64,000 nt of DNA from Cycas panzhihuaensis (Eukaryota; Plantae; Cycadophyta), in contig CM041465.1 of assembly GCA_023213395.1 (NCBI GenBank), positions 228,911,741-228,975,740 on the forward strand, read 5' to 3'. The notes below the pieces were generated by a model that was given only the letters and a program-made list of their open reading frames with translations, was not told the origin of the DNA and did not search any database. Both the position numbers and the translations under genes were made by a program. Numbering within the stretch: the stretch's first letter is position 1; each line of letters begins with the position of its first letter. Positions 63,203-64,000 of this stretch are shown here, piece by piece.

Positions 63203-63243
<41 letters not shown>
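63203..63243. repeat. (AG)n microsatellite
   Basis: About 20 AG units followed by an A/G-rich tract. Confidence 0.95.
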
Positions 63244-63250
<7 letters not shown>

Positions 63251-64000
63251 GGAAAAAAGAAAAAGAAAAAATAAAAGAGAAGAACATGAAAAGAAGAAGA
63301 AGAAAAAGAATTAAAAAAAGAAAAGAAAAGAAAAAACTCCACTTAGTCACATTTCACAATAGAAGTTCACAAATAAGAACTACCCTTATAACTCATATAT
63401 CCTATTTTGATCAGCATGTTGTATTGGTCATTTTGCACTAGGTTAGTTCGTATAAATAATTTTCACATTTTTTAGTACTCAGGTCACTGTGGGCCCGCCA
63501 CCTAAAACTCACCTTAAATTTCATATACCTCATTTGAAGAGGCTTTTTGTGGTCCTCCCAATGGGCCAAATACTCAGTTTATGTAATTTTCGGGGTCAAC
63601 AGGTTATAGACATCCCACATTCCTCTATTTGCCCCCTTCTCTCCCCTATAACAACATCCTCGTTCTTACATCCTGTTCTTTCTTGATCTATTCCACCTTG
63701 TCCATTTCCCTTCTATCTACTCATTCTTACTTCTTTAAGCCCCTTCTAAAACTCTAATGGTAAAAACATAAGGAGAGAAAATTATTGACTTAACTTATGA
63801 TTTGAACACCTTCAAACAAGAGGTTAATAGTAGATTCAATGGCATTCTTATAAAATCAGATCTTGATGGCACCAAAGTAGAGATTCTTGCACAAATCCAA
63901 CAGCTATTGCAACCTCAATTTCAAAGAACAAGGACTTCTAATAGCCTTGAAAGATTCCAGTATCAGGCATCGCATCAATAATGTGTTCCTTATACCAAGA

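Larger units (their letters stand above)
61955..64000 (+). mobile_element. 5' part of a further LTR element, probably Gypsy, interrupting Gypsy-7; runs off the right edge
   Basis: Gypsy-7 coding ends abruptly ~61950. LTR/leader-like DNA, leader module 62608-63050, then MVKT*GEKIIDL...EILAQIQQLL from 63757, resembling a Gypsy gag N-terminus (compare MVQTR in Gypsy-1). No clear PBS. Confidence 0.5.

Noticed and set aside
63124-63342. 72-aa SL/F-rich ORF
   Set aside because: It is a translation of the AG microsatellite and purine tract.

Overview
AT-rich nuclear DNA from a large-genome land plant (gymnosperm-like; inference), made almost entirely of decayed, nested transposons. The only host coding sequence recognised is the last two exons of an RNase H1-like gene (35776-35827 and 35987-36045, + strand). 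No earlier exon is visible, so 1-35775 is probably one giant intron. That intron holds a nest of LTR retrotransposons up to about 7 levels deep, two of them complete with LTR pairs and TSDs (Gypsy 1949-8341, Copia 12375-18163). Downstream of the gene lie an old non-coding element with 2.7-kb LTRs, a LINE remnant, a hAT element with TIRs and an 8-bp TSD that splits a Gypsy integrase, and more Gypsy remnants. The most notable observation is a ~400-nt non-coding leader module found four times: in three Copia elements and in one apparently Gypsy-type element. It has near-invariant motif spacing (AGGTATAT...YGGTTA, 88-89 nt), and three of the copies share a pseudoknot-compatible pairing. It is a candidate structured RNA (IRES or packaging signal) shared across retrotransposon superfamilies. 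All alignments were done by eye.
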